The notes: generated by a model from the letters alone, not told the origin. Shown: positions 7,735 to 18,079, counted from the stretch's first letter. The stretch is 64,000 nt of DNA from an uncultured Gammaproteobacteria bacterium (GCA_964500725.1 CAZCNP010000006.1:3634-67633); one strand, 5' to 3'. Made by a program: numbers and translations.

Positions 7735-9289
7735 CCTTTAGTTGTAAGGTATTATTACCATTGTAGGTATCGAATTCTAAATTAAAAGCTAGGTCTACTG
7801 GTTGGCCAGATTTTAGTGTGGTAATTAAATCTCCCATACTAAAAGCAATAAAATTTATATCATCTGCTTTACCTTTTAGGTGTTTTCCATTTCCTACGGT
7901 CCTCGAATCTGCTATATGCATATTCTTGATTACAAAAACAGGTCTTTTATTGCCAAAGCCGAAGGGCTCAAGTTTAGCTAAATCAGAAACTAATTTTTTT
8001 GTAAGACTTTTGCTATCAACCTCAGCATCAATTTCTAAAACTCTCTCCTCTACTGGTAAATCAATTACAACCTTTTCCAACCTTTGTTTAAATACCTCTA
8101 TATGCTCTCTTAAAATAGAAAACCCTGCTGCTCCAGGATGACCTCCCACATCTATTAAAATATCAGAATGAGTCCTAATCATTTCAACAATATTTACTCC
8201 ATCAACCGAACGGGCAGAACCTTTACAGACTTCTTTTCCAAGAGAAATAGCAATTGCTGGACGGGAATATTCTTCGCAAACCTTTCCTGCAATCAAACCA
8301 ATTATTCCTGATGACCATTCTTTACTGGCTAAGACGTGAATCTTCTTTTCAGTATCAATAAATGTTTTTGCTTGCTCATAAGCTTCTGTTGTCATTTTTT
8401 GGCGGGTAGTATTAGTCTCACTTAGAAGCTGCGCCAATCTCTTTGCTTTGAATGGGTCTTTTGTGCAAAGCAGTCTTAAGGAATCTATCGCATGCTCCAA
8501 CCTCCCCATGGCATTTAACCTAGGTCCTATTATGTAACCTATTTCAAAAGAACCTATATCTCCAACTTTTACTCCTGCCTGATTAAGAAGCGCCAACAAT
8601 CCCAAATTAGCAGTTTTATTTAAAACCTTTAAACCCTCATATACAAATGCCCTACCTAAACCTACCAAAGGAATTAAATCGCAAACTGTAGCAATTGCCA
8701 CAAACTGCAAAAACTCCTCTTGCAGATCTTTTTTAATTAAATCCTTTATCAAACACCAAGCAACTCCAGCACCACACATTTTAGTTGAATGAACTATTGT
8801 AAAAGCTTCAGGCTTTTCTTTTTCTGGAATATGATGATCAGTGATGATTAAATCAATTTGCAAACTCTTGGCATATTTTGCGCTCTCAAAAGCCACAATG
8901 CCATTATCTACAGTAATTAAAACTGTGGCTCCATTATTTTTGGCAAAATCTATACCTATATTTGATAGCCCATACCCTTCTTTTTCTCTATGAGGAATAT
9001 ACGGCAGTACTTTTGCCCCAATTGATGTTATTCCTTTATACAAGATTGCAGAAGCACAAATTCCATCAGCATCATAATCTCCAAAAATTACAATAAGCTC
9101 TTCTTTTTGTATTGCCTTTAATATTCTTTTATGCGCTTGTTCAAGATTAGGAATCTGTAATTCCTCAGTATAATCCGAAATCCTTGGATAGAAAAATCTT
9201 TCCTGATCCTTCTTTGTTATTATTCCACGATTAATTAATAGCTGTTTTATTAAATCATCATTTTTCTTCGGTACTACTTTCCATTTCAT
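7712..9289 (-). CDS. recJ: single-stranded DNA exonuclease RecJ
   Basis: GDYDADG, ITVDNG, TDHH (DHH), GPRLNAMGRL, GSARS, GGHPGAAG. Confidence 0.95.
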   Translation of the reverse strand: MKWKVVPKKNDDLIKQLLINRGIITKKDQERFFYPRISDYTEELQIPNLEQAHKRILKAIQKEELIVIFGDYDADGICASAILYKGITSIGAKVLPYIPHREKEGYGLSNIGIDFAKNNGATVLITVDNGIVAFESAKYAKSLQIDLIITDHHIPEKEKPEAFTIVHSTKMCGAGVAWCLIKDLIKKDLQEEFLQFVAIATVCDLIPLVGLGRAFVYEGLKVLNKTANLGLLALLNQAGVKVGDIGSFEIGYIIGPRLNAMGRLEHAIDSLRLLCTKDPFKAKRLAQLLSETNTTRQKMTTEAYEQAKTFIDTEKKIHVLASKEWSSGIIGLIAGKVCEEYSRPAIAISLGKEVCKGSARSVDGVNIVEMIRTHSDILIDVGGHPGAAGFSILREHIEVFKQRLEKVVIDLPVEERVLEIDAEVDSKSLTKKLVSDLAKLEPFGFGNKRPVFVIKNMHIADSRTVGNGKHLKGKADDINFIAFSMGDLITTLKSGQPVDLAFNLEFDTYNGNNTLQLKVKDLKLA

Positions 9290-9356
9290 ATTACAAGGGA
9301 TACAATAACATCATGAATTATATCGCGTAGCGATACAAGAAGTGAATGATGAAATC

Positions 9357-10691
9357 ATGAACGATTATACACTACCCAATGAGGTAAAAAATATTCTAGG
9401 AAAATTCAAAAAAGCAAAATTCCAAATCTATATTGTGGGAGGGGCGGTTCGTGACCTTTTGATGAAAAGAGAAGTAAATGATTGGGATTTTACTACAGAT
9501 GCCAAACCTGAGGAGATTTTAAAAATATTACCCAATGGCTTCTATGATAATAAATTTGGCACAGTTGGCCTAGAAAGCAAATTAGGAATTTTAGAAATTA
9601 CTACAATGAGAAAAGAAGGTCAATATAAAGACCATCGTCACCCAACAGAAATTGGCTGGACAAATAAAGTTGAGGAAGATTTAGCCCGAAGGGATTTTAC
9701 TATCAATGCTATCGCCCTTTCAGCTAATAATCAATTGGTTGATCCTTTTAATGGATTAAATGATATCAACAATAAAATAGTCAAAGCTGTAGGCAAACCT
9801 GTCAAACGGTTTGAGGAAGATGCGCTGCGTTTAATACGAGCTATCCGGATTGCCACCCAATTAGAGTTTGAAATAGAAGCAGATACCTTTCAAGCCATAA
9901 TAAAAAATGCTGAGTTAATCAAAGAAATCGCCTGGGAAAGAATTCGAGATGAGCTGTTTAAACTACTTTCATCTGATTACCCCTACCAAGGAATAATTAA
10001 ATTAAAAGAAGCAGGACTTTTGCAGATTATCTTACCTGAGGTAGAAAAATGTTTTGGTATTGTCCAAGAAGGGCCCAGACATGATCGAACTTACGATATT
10101 GGAATACACAGCCTACTTGCTTTAAAATATACTCCCTCTACTGATCCACTAGTAAGACTGGCTGCGCTTTTGCATGATATTGGCAAGGTTGATACTGTCA
10201 AAACTGATTCAACTGGCAATGTCACTTTTTATAATCATGACGTAGCTGGTGGAAAATTAAGTTTAGAAATTGCCAAAAGGTTTAATCTATCAAAAAAACA
10301 AACTGATAAATTATACCGCCTGGTTAGATGGCATCTGTTTACAGTAGATGAAAACCAAACTGACTCTGCCATTAGAAGATTTATTAAAAACGTAGGCATA
10401 GAAAATATTGAAGACATGATGGCAGTAAGGGTTGGCGATAGGTTAGGCGGCGGTACTCAAAAGGCTGTTTCTTGGAGAATGGAAAAATTTGAGCAGAGAA
10501 TTAAAGAGGTCTTAAAAAAACCCTTTTCTATTTCTGATTTAAAAATTAATGGCAATGATGTAATGCAAGCTTTGGAAATAAAATCTGGGCCTAAAGTTGG
10601 TAAAATTTTGCAAAAACTTTTTGATGAAGTATTAGAGGATGCATCAAAAAATAATCGGGAGTACATGCTTCAAAGAATCAAAACAATCTAA
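9357..10691 (+). CDS. cca: CCA-adding tRNA nucleotidyltransferase with HD domain
   Basis: VGGAVRD..DWDFTT, EDLARRDFTINA, EDALRLIRAIR, ERIRDEL, LLHDIGK. Confidence 0.88.
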   Translation: MNDYTLPNEVKNILGKFKKAKFQIYIVGGAVRDLLMKREVNDWDFTTDAKPEEILKILPNGFYDNKFGTVGLESKLGILEITTMRKEGQYKDHRHPTEIGWTNKVEEDLARRDFTINAIALSANNQLVDPFNGLNDINNKIVKAVGKPVKRFEEDALRLIRAIRIATQLEFEIEADTFQAIIKNAELIKEIAWERIRDELFKLLSSDYPYQGIIKLKEAGLLQIILPEVEKCFGIVQEGPRHDRTYDIGIHSLLALKYTPSTDPLVRLAALLHDIGKVDTVKTDSTGNVTFYNHDVAGGKLSLEIAKRFNLSKKQTDKLYRLVRWHLFTVDENQTDSAIRRFIKNVGIENIEDMMAVRVGDRLGGGTQKAVSWRMEKFEQRIKEVLKKPFSISDLKINGNDVMQALEIKSGPKVGKILQKLFDEVLEDASKNNREYMLQRIKTI

Positions 10692-10693
10692 AC

Positions 10694-11578
10694 TCAATGT
10701 CCTAACTTCTCTTCCCACCAAACAAGCATGGCTGTAGCATTAAAAATTGAAGAATAAGTACCAGAAATTATCCCTATTAAAAGCGCTATTACAAACCATC
10801 TTAAAGTGTCTCCGCCAAATAAAAGCAGTGCTAGCAACACAAACACAACTGTAAGAGAGGTGTTTAAAGACCTACCCAACGTTTGAACTACAGACAAGTT
10901 AGCAACATCGATAAATTTTTTACCTATATGCTTAGTTAAATTTTCTCTAACCCTATCAAAAACAACAATAGTATCATGAACCGAAAAACCAATAATTGTC
11001 AAAAGAGCTGTAACAAAAAGCGTATCTACTTCCACCCCAAATAATTTTCCAAATATGGCAAAGGCCCCAACTATTACTAAAATATCATGAATTAATGCTA
11101 CAACTGCAGTAATGCCAAATCTCCAAGAAGCGGTTGGTTTAGGTATTTTTCTAAAAGAGTAAGCAATATACAAAACAATTACCAAAGAAGCTAAACCTAT
11201 TGCTAAAATAGCTTTTTGCCTAAGCTCAGAGCCAACAACTGGGCCTACAAACTCCACTCTTCTTTCCTCCACTTTACCTAATTTGCTATTTAAATAAGCT
11301 TTTAATTTATTTATTTTTTCTTGCTCTACAGGCTTTGTTCTAATTATATAAACATTATCCGTAGAGGGTGTTATTGTGCCTACCTCAATTCCCTGAGAAG
11401 AAACTTGTTGTTTTAAATCATCTATATTAATTTTTTTATCAAATTTATACTCAAGTAGCGCTCCTCCGGTAAAATCTATCCCTAACCGAAGCCCAGAAGT
11501 AATTAAAAAATATAATCCGGGCAAAATAATCAGTAAAGAGAAAATAAAATACCAACCTTTATATTTCATTAAATTCAT
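10694..11578 (-). CDS. secF: protein translocase subunit SecF
   Basis: LGIDFTGG, VGPVVGSEL, HD, GFSVHDTIVVFDRVRE, GTYSSIF. Confidence 0.95.
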   Translation of the reverse strand: MNLMKYKGWYFIFSLLIILPGLYFLITSGLRLGIDFTGGALLEYKFDKKINIDDLKQQVSSQGIEVGTITPSTDNVYIIRTKPVEQEKINKLKAYLNSKLGKVEERRVEFVGPVVGSELRQKAILAIGLASLVIVLYIAYSFRKIPKPTASWRFGITAVVALIHDILVIVGAFAIFGKLFGVEVDTLFVTALLTIIGFSVHDTIVVFDRVRENLTKHIGKKFIDVANLSVVQTLGRSLNTSLTVVFVLLALLLFGGDTLRWFVIALLIGIISGTYSSIFNATAMLVWWEEKLGH

Positions 11579-11592
11579 CTTTTAGACTCCTT

Positions 11593-11943
11593 TCACTTAT
11601 TAGAATGCTTATTTCTACTCGCTTGCTTAAAAGATTTCTTAATATCCGTATGCAACTCACTTTTCAAATCTTCAGCTACTTTTTTAATTTTATCTTCAAT
11701 ATTATTAATTTTATCACTTAAAAATTTCCAAGTCTGTTGATGATCATCCTGGCTTAGATGCTGCACAAAAACTCTTTTATCGCTATCTGAAAGCTCGGAA
11801 AAAATAGCATCCAAAATAGTATGGTGGATATTTGAATCTACCAGATGAGCAAGATGTTTCTTTTGCTCTGGTGGCAAACTCAATTTATCAAGTTCTATAA
11901 TAATTGATTCAGACTCTATTAAATGTGTGTAAAAATATTTCAT
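11593..11943 (-). CDS. hypothetical protein
   Basis: 116-aa helical ORF within the secD-secF run; start overlaps the upstream stop (ATGA). Confidence 0.7.
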   Translation of the reverse strand: MKYFYTHLIESESIIIELDKLSLPPEQKKHLAHLVDSNIHHTILDAIFSELSDSDKRVFVQHLSQDDHQQTWKFLSDKINNIEDKIKKVAEDLKSELHTDIKKSFKQASRNKHSNK

Positions 11944-12812
11944 GCTTGTGATTTTACCTTTACTGGTCCCAAAGGAATTTTATCCTCTGGGTCGTCAATA
12001 AAAAAATATAATACTGCTCCTTTTCTAGGACCCTCCGCAAGTCCTAATATATCCATTACTTCTGGTGACCCTCCTAAATGTTTTCCTGTCCAATCAGTAG
12101 GTCCTGCATCACCAACAACAGCCACAACAGCCTGACCAGTCTTTGGATTTACCACGAGCATTTTTCGAAATTTATAGAAATCTCGAAACTTATTAAAATT
12201 TTCTGCAAATCCAGGAGATAAGAACGTTTGCACAGCTAAATAATAGCGTTCTTTAAGTTTGTCTTTTTCGCTAAAAGTCTCTTTTGTTGGGGCAAAATAA
12301 CCCCAAGCGCCCAAACCAGAGGCAATACCAGCATCAGAATATTTGGCAAAATCTGAAGTCGTATCAGCATGAGCATATAAATTATCACCCGGGTATCTGT
12401 ATAAATGCTGTTCACCTCCAATTAAACCATAATTCCTATTAAGTCTTATACCCCTTATTTCTGCTTCTACCTTAAAACCAAAATTACTAGATAACATATC
12501 AACAATTTCCTTTTCTTCTAATAAATTAAGAGGCCTTACTTCCTTAGGTAATTCATCCGATAAAGCTTGAGCCAGCAGTATATTTTGGTCATAGCCTTTT
12601 AAAGCATCATCACGGCTGACAAGCAAATTTGGAGCTGGCAACTGCTTAGGAACTGACAAAGAGAGCAAAACTAGTCCTCCCAAAGAACCAAGGGCCATCT
12701 GTTTCAAAGAATTCCCATGCTTTTCCCAAAACTTATTTTGGGAAGAGCTATAACGTTGTGCCCATTTCTTGCTTAAATATTCGTAATGCGGGTTTTTGCT
12801 GGTAAATTGCAT
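11940..12812 (-). CDS. hypothetical membrane-anchored protein, possible RlpA-like double-psi barrel
   Basis: One hydrophobic segment. C-terminal MLVVNPKTGQAVVAVVGDAGP resembles the RlpA/expansin V-x-D-x-GP motif. Confidence 0.6.
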   Translation of the reverse strand: MQFTSKNPHYEYLSKKWAQRYSSSQNKFWEKHGNSLKQMALGSLGGLVLLSLSVPKQLPAPNLLVSRDDALKGYDQNILLAQALSDELPKEVRPLNLLEEKEIVDMLSSNFGFKVEAEIRGIRLNRNYGLIGGEQHLYRYPGDNLYAHADTTSDFAKYSDAGIASGLGAWGYFAPTKETFSEKDKLKERYYLAVQTFLSPGFAENFNKFRDFYKFRKMLVVNPKTGQAVVAVVGDAGPTDWTGKHLGGSPEVMDILGLAEGPRKGAVLYFFIDDPEDKIPLGPVKVKSQA

Positions 12813-12823
12813 TTAATTTTTCC

Positions 12824-14143
12824 TTACTTGATCAGTAACTTTAAAAATGTTCTAGTCACAACATAACTTGTAAACATTGAAACCATGACCCCAATTGCTA
12901 AAGTTACAGCAAATCCCCGAATTAAGGATGTACCCATTATATATAAAATAAGTGCAGTAATAAGCGAGGATACATTTGATGCCCAAATGGATGACCAGGC
13001 TCTTTTAAACCCCAGATCTAAAGCTAAAGCTTGACTCTTACCCCACCGAATTTCTTCTTTCATTCTTTCAAAAATTAAGATATTGGCATCTACAGCCATT
13101 CCAATTGATAAAATAAAACCGGCGATTCCTGCTAAAGTTAAGGTAAACTGCAGCTGTGGAATGAAAAAACCAGTCTTAAAAATTGCCAGCACCAGAAGGG
13201 TATAGATAATTAAAGCTGCATCTGCCACCAACCCTAAGAAACCGTAATATACTGCCATATAAGAAACAACCACAAAAAGCCCAATCGCTCCTGCTATCAA
13301 GCTTTTATCTATGGATTCCTGGCCTAAGGTTGGACCGATAAAGCGCTGATTTATTAATTGAATTGGCACAGGCAATGCCCCAGCATTTAATTCTATTGCT
13401 AGGCTCTTAGCCTCCTCCAAGGTAAACTGGCCAGTTATTACAGCATTTCCACCAGCGATTTCCTGCTGAACAGTAGGCGCAGAAATTGGTTGATTATCTA
13501 AAAATATTGCCAAAGGTTTGCCAATATTCCTTTTGGTAATCTCAGCAAATTTTTTACTGCCTTCAGCAGTAAATTCAATCCCCACTTGCGGTCCTACTTT
13601 AGCTCCTTGTCCTGAATCAAAAGTTACCTGAGCTTTTTTTAGATCTGCTCCAGTAAGCCCAGTTGGTCTTGCAAATAAAATCACCGGCGCGCCTGATTTA
13701 GTAGCTTCAATCTGCTCATCAGTTAACTTATCAGGCATTTCTCTAAAATCCAATTGGGCAGTTTTTCCAACCAAACTTGCAGCAGAGGATGCATCTTTTA
13801 CTCCTGGCAACTCTACCAGAATTCTTCTTTGCTGACCTATCTTAGATGTCTGCACAACAGCTTCCGATACTCCATATAAATTAACTCTCCGCTCTATTAC
13901 GCTTCTTGCTGATTCTAAAGCGCTATCCCTATTTGGGAGTTCAATCTTGTCCATTTGTGTCTCTAAAATCAGTTCTGTTCCGCCTTGTAAGTCCAAGCCT
14001 AACTTTAAAGGAAATAGGCCAAAAATATTAATCTCTTTACCAAATGCAAAAATTGAGGGTAGCTGCTTAAATTTTGGAATATCTATCCATATGGCTAGGG
14101 TAGTTAGCAAGAGGATTACCCAAATTAGAATACGTGACTGCAT
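12824..14143 (-). CDS. secD: protein translocase subunit SecD
   Basis: LGLDLQGG, RRVNLYGVSE, AGALPVP, GPTLG, GMAVDANILIFERMKEE. ATG 14143 lies 6 nt after TATAAT. Confidence 0.95.
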   Translation of the reverse strand: MQSRILIWVILLLTTLAIWIDIPKFKQLPSIFAFGKEINIFGLFPLKLGLDLQGGTELILETQMDKIELPNRDSALESARSVIERRVNLYGVSEAVVQTSKIGQQRRILVELPGVKDASSAASLVGKTAQLDFREMPDKLTDEQIEATKSGAPVILFARPTGLTGADLKKAQVTFDSGQGAKVGPQVGIEFTAEGSKKFAEITKRNIGKPLAIFLDNQPISAPTVQQEIAGGNAVITGQFTLEEAKSLAIELNAGALPVPIQLINQRFIGPTLGQESIDKSLIAGAIGLFVVVSYMAVYYGFLGLVADAALIIYTLLVLAIFKTGFFIPQLQFTLTLAGIAGFILSIGMAVDANILIFERMKEEIRWGKSQALALDLGFKRAWSSIWASNVSSLITALILYIMGTSLIRGFAVTLAIGVMVSMFTSYVVTRTFLKLLIK

Positions 14144-14168
14144 GAAAAGATTATATACCAGCAGCAAC

Positions 14169-14759
14169 CTAAATTACCACGCTGGAAAGCAGATCTTCCT
14201 CATCTCCTATAATCATTATCTTAGGCTGGGTAATAACTCGCAAAATAAAAGGGTCGCGCCTTTTTACTCTAAAATTAAATTCTGCTTCATCCATAAAAGA
14301 ATAGTTTATTTCATTTTCTCGCCTGACTTGCTCATCAGCAATGATAGCTTGTAGTTCTGGTAAAACTATCTGGCCAACTACCAAAAGATCTACATTATCA
14401 GATTGCATAGACATATTTTTAAGATAACGGGTAGCAATCATGGCATATTTAATACGACCTAACTTTCCCTTATTTTTGATAATTGTTCCGCCCAACCCAG
14501 TTGATTTGGATACTAAGCTTAGTAATTCGTGATAATAGACGTAATCTTTACGAAATCGATAAAGCCTACGGTTTGCCCTCCATTCAGAAGAAACCATGCC
14601 ATATTTTTCCATTCTAGCAAGCTCACGCCTAACAGCATTAATTTCTTCATCAACCCTTCTAACAATTTCACGAACATGAAAAAGTACATCAATAGGTGAA
14701 GATAAAAAAAGTTGTAATATTTTTACCCGGACTCTTGAGACAAAAAGTTCCTCAAGCAT
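14169..14759 (-). CDS. winged-HTH plus nucleotidyltransferase-fold protein
   Basis: N-terminal SRVRVKIL...HVREIVRR...INAVRREL (wHTH); C-terminal SDNVDLLVVG (minimal NTase-like). Strong SD. Confidence 0.7.
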   Translation of the reverse strand: MLEELFVSRVRVKILQLFLSSPIDVLFHVREIVRRVDEEINAVRRELARMEKYGMVSSEWRANRRLYRFRKDYVYYHELLSLVSKSTGLGGTIIKNKGKLGRIKYAMIATRYLKNMSMQSDNVDLLVVGQIVLPELQAIIADEQVRRENEINYSFMDEAEFNFRVKRRDPFILRVITQPKIMIIGDEEDLLSSVVI

Positions 14760-14789
14760 ATTAATCCTCCTTTCCGGGCAGAGTTTTTC

Positions 14790-15971
14790 TTAGTAACTTA
14801 CCTTTGATCCCTCTGGGACGGTTTGGACCCAAATCTGACCTCTGTTAAATTCTAACTCCTTACCATTCTTATCTGTAAACTTGCTCCTTGCAGTTCTAGA
14901 AAGCTTACTCCACTTACCTTCTATCACATTACCATCTTGGAAAATTAAAGCCTTACCGCTTCCTTTTGTTCCGTAAAGAAGATGAACATTTCCTGGATAA
15001 CCGTCATTTGCATTAGATTCCCTCTGAAACTGGATAATTACAACTTTTGCGTCAAGTTGAGCTTTATTATTTAAATCTGTATGCGCAGACCCTCCGTTCT
15101 TTCTTTTATAGGAGTTAGCAGCAGAATCATAACTCCAAACAACTTCATAACCTGACTGGGATTCCCAAAAAGCAACTTTAATATTATTGGTTGTACCACC
15201 CGCTTTATCATCCTTAAATTTCCAAGGAACAAACTCTTCATCCCACCTTATTCCTGCTGAATCCGTTGCTGTCCAACCTCGTTTCGCTCCAACTTGCCAG
15301 AGCTTGGCAGTAGTAGAATACATTGTGTGCTCTGTAGCAACCGGATGGCCAAGCCTTTGGTAATCTCTCCAGAAAACTGGAAAACCAATACTAAATTGGT
15401 TTAAGTCTTTGACCTCATATTTTATGATCTGGCCTAAAGAATCAGCGGGACCAGGAGTATTTGCTCCTCCAACATGAGCATACAAACCATCATATTCTCC
15501 TAACCAATCAAGAAAGTATGTTCGAGCTGATCTAACTGGCCCAACTTGAACGTCAGCCAGATTACAGTAGAATAGAGCCATAAACCTAGTAATACCACCT
15601 TCTGCGACTGCTTCGTATACAATATCAGCTGAAGATAATCCTGATTGAGGCCTTGACTCTTTATGATTCTCAATCATGACAGCCAAAGGTCTTCTCTTAT
15701 TCCAAAAGTCTGCTGCTTTCTTAGTATGCTTGCTACCGTTTAACGGGCAACTTTCTGTTTTTGGTTCGTTTGGATCTTCAACTAAAGCATTAGAAGGGGT
15801 TGGTAATGATGAGATTAAATCAGCCTTACCAGCTGGGGTCTGACTTACTCCACTCAGTAAAGTATAAGATACGCTGGCTGAGGCACCATATACGACAACC
15901 CCCAATATAATTAAAGTTAGTATTTTTTGTAGTTTAGTTAAACCCCTAAAGATTGTTATAATTTTTTGCAT
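14790..15971 (-). CDS. DUF3048-family membrane-anchored protein
   Basis: RPLAVMIEN..SRPQSGLSSADIVYEAVAEGGITRF, VGPVRSAR. Confidence 0.85.
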   Translation of the reverse strand: MQKIITIFRGLTKLQKILTLIILGVVVYGASASVSYTLLSGVSQTPAGKADLISSLPTPSNALVEDPNEPKTESCPLNGSKHTKKAADFWNKRRPLAVMIENHKESRPQSGLSSADIVYEAVAEGGITRFMALFYCNLADVQVGPVRSARTYFLDWLGEYDGLYAHVGGANTPGPADSLGQIIKYEVKDLNQFSIGFPVFWRDYQRLGHPVATEHTMYSTTAKLWQVGAKRGWTATDSAGIRWDEEFVPWKFKDDKAGGTTNNIKVAFWESQSGYEVVWSYDSAANSYKRKNGGSAHTDLNNKAQLDAKVVIIQFQRESNANDGYPGNVHLLYGTKGSGKALIFQDGNVIEGKWSKLSRTARSKFTDKNGKELEFNRGQIWVQTVPEGSKVSY

Positions 15972-15975
15972 TATT

Positions 15976-16449
15976 TTAGTTATTAACCATTGCTTTTTTG
16001 ATTACTAATTCCTCTTCTTTTGATAACTGATACCTCGTACTCTTACCAAAGCTTATCTCCTTGCTAAACATTCTTGTTCCTGACCGGGCATGCAAGCTGG
16101 TTATCACAACTCCACTTCCTTCTTTATTAAGCAAACACAAAGTAAAGCTTTGGTCTCCCCCAGTGTCATTATAAGGATTGTAACGCAAAAGTTCCACTCT
16201 TTGTATATGCTGCAATCCTTGTTGTCTAATTACCTCAAGCCCTTCTCCTAAATCATTAAGCTCACTTTTAAAACTTGCCACCGTCTCTATTATCTCTGTA
16301 AGCTTTTTTCTAAAATCTCTTTCCCCTGATTTAGGCAAAAGGATTTTAAAAAACTTATTTTGCTTTCTAGTAGTATAAGTTAAACCCACCAGCCAAATAA
16401 AAACTGCCGCTATCGCAACTATAGCGAAAACGGCCCCATCCGAATACAT
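15976..16449 (-). CDS. DUF4446-family protein
   Basis: N-terminal TM segment, coiled coil, RYNPY.DTGGDQSF, GVVITSLHAR, LSKEEE. Confidence 0.8.
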   Translation of the reverse strand: MYSDGAVFAIVAIAAVFIWLVGLTYTTRKQNKFFKILLPKSGERDFRKKLTEIIETVASFKSELNDLGEGLEVIRQQGLQHIQRVELLRYNPYNDTGGDQSFTLCLLNKEGSGVVITSLHARSGTRMFSKEISFGKSTRYQLSKEEELVIKKAMVNN

Positions 16450-16498
16450 ATGTTACTCTTTGAATATACTTGAAAACTTATTATATTGTCAACTATAT

Positions 16499-17179
16499 CT
16501 ATTCTTCAATATCAGTAAGTATTGTAGTTTTTGCAGGAGATTTAACATAAAAACAGGCGGGGAATTTTTTCTGATCTTTTTCTTCAAGCATTCTTTCAAG
16601 GATATCTCTCTTGCTTTCTCCAAAAACTAAAACTATAAATTCATCAATTTTGTCTAAAGCTTCAATAGTTAAAGTTATTCTACTTCCAAATAACCCATCT
16701 TTATCCTCATATCCTGCTACAAATTTAGTATGGTCATATTCTAAGTCTGGTTTTATACCAGCCGTATGTCCATCTGTTCCAATCCCCATTATTGCTACCT
16801 TTTTTGCAAAATTCTTTATAAAATCCCTAACTACTTTTTCATACTCCACTTGGGTCTCTTTCAAATTTCTATCTCTTAATATTTTAAAAATTGGAATCCC
16901 TGCATTTTCTAAATATCTTGTTAGCCCTGTATTAAAAATCATTTTTTCATTACTATTATCATGCATTTGCTTACCGAACCTCTCATCAATTAAGGCAACT
17001 GCACCAGGTTTTAAAGTGCTATTTTGGGCAATCAATTTATATAATAAACCTGGCGAACTACCTCCTGATAATAATAGCAACGTACCAGAATCTACGCCTT
17101 TTAACACTAGACTTAAAGCTTTTTCCGAAGCTTCTTGTTTATCTTGACACCTGATAATCTTGATATTTTTTCTGTTCAT
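16499..17179 (-). CDS. pgl: 6-phosphogluconolactonase / glucosamine-6-P isomerase family
   Basis: LSGGSSP, DER, SNE, MGIGTDGHTAG, RITLT, GESK. Confidence 0.8.
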   Translation of the reverse strand: MNRKNIKIIRCQDKQEASEKALSLVLKGVDSGTLLLLSGGSSPGLLYKLIAQNSTLKPGAVALIDERFGKQMHDNSNEKMIFNTGLTRYLENAGIPIFKILRDRNLKETQVEYEKVVRDFIKNFAKKVAIMGIGTDGHTAGIKPDLEYDHTKFVAGYEDKDGLFGSRITLTIEALDKIDEFIVLVFGESKRDILERMLEEKDQKKFPACFYVKSPAKTTILTDIEE

Positions 17180-17292
17180 ATGTTCTCAATATAACACAAA
17201 ATTATTTTGACCTATAACAATAGGCTTGATTGGTGCTTGACAGGCTCGCTTTCACATGTTAGGCTCAATTGAGCGTCGGTGCTTATATTGTA

Positions 17293-17553
17293 ATGGCTAT
17301 CCAACAAACTAAGAAACAATCAGATTTGGAAAAACGCCTACAGCTGTTACGTAAACAAGTTTATGGCAAAGAATCTTCAAGTCAAAAAAACCACTACTCA
17401 TTTAACTCCTCCAACGAGACAAAAACTAGTGACATTACTTACCTTCGACACGACCTATTCAAAATTCTCACTTTCTCATCTATAGCCATTGGAATTCAAG
17501 TGATATTATTCTTTCTTTTGAAAAATCACATTTTGACTTTAAAACTGTTTTGA
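17293..17553 (+). CDS. small hypothetical membrane protein
   Basis: ORF from ATG 17293 with a C-terminal TM helix; TTGACA promoter upstream. Confidence 0.65.
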   Translation: MAIQQTKKQSDLEKRLQLLRKQVYGKESSSQKNHYSFNSSNETKTSDITYLRHDLFKILTFSSIAIGIQVILFFLLKNHILTLKLF

Positions 17554-17571
17554 AGGGAGGTGAATTAAATT

Positions 17572-17712
17572 ATGGCACAAATGTATTGTGTTAAATGCCG
17601 CCAAAAAAGAGATGCTGAAAATGTACAAGAGGTAACTATGAAAAATGGTAAAAAAGCCTCAAAAGGTACTTGTCCAGTGTGTAGTACCTCTATGTTTAAA
17701 ATTGGTGGCTAA
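17572..17712 (+). CDS. 46-aa zinc-ribbon protein (DUF5679-like)
   Basis: Manual translation MAQMYCVKCRQKRDAENVQEVTMKNGKKASKGTCPVCSTSMFKIGG. Two CxxC motifs; SD GGGAGGTG. Confidence 0.85.
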   Translation: MAQMYCVKCRQKRDAENVQEVTMKNGKKASKGTCPVCSTSMFKIGG

Positions 17713-17751
17713 AAACCTGAATCCCTTAAAGTTTAAGGGATCACCATTTTG

Positions 17752-17788
17752 AAAAATCCCACAACGCCTTAGGCAAAGTGGGATTTTT
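17752..17788. terminator. bidirectional terminator
   Basis: AAAAATCCCAC...GTGGGATTTTT between the convergent zinc-ribbon gene and rnpB. Confidence 0.7.
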
Positions 17789-17795
17789 CGTGGGT

Positions 17796-18064
17796 GCCTA
17801 GGAAGTTAGTAAGCCAGATTCTGTTTCTCGATGATCATTTATCTAACGCTCCTTACTTCAACAAATGGGCAAGCAGCCCTGTTGGTTCTAGGATTGCAGC
17901 GGGGAGGATTGCCACGTTTCACCCGAGCATGACCCCGGTTCGTCACTGTTGCTCTAACTAGGCCTTACGGCTTCCAGCTTATGCTGGACACCCTGCTCTA
18001 TGCTGTCTGGACTTTCCTCTTAAGTAGTTTAAAGCTTCTTAAGCGATCATCCTTCTTCCTAGGC
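17796..18064 (-). ncRNA. rnpB: RNase P RNA (compact bacterial type A)
   Basis: Minus strand: P1 GCCTAGGAAG/CTTCCTAGGC, GAGGAAAGTCC, AGAGCAACAG, TGAAACG.GGCAA, AGATAAATGATC, AACAGAATCTGGCTTA. Confidence 0.95.
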
Positions 18065-18079
18065 AGGTATATTATACAA

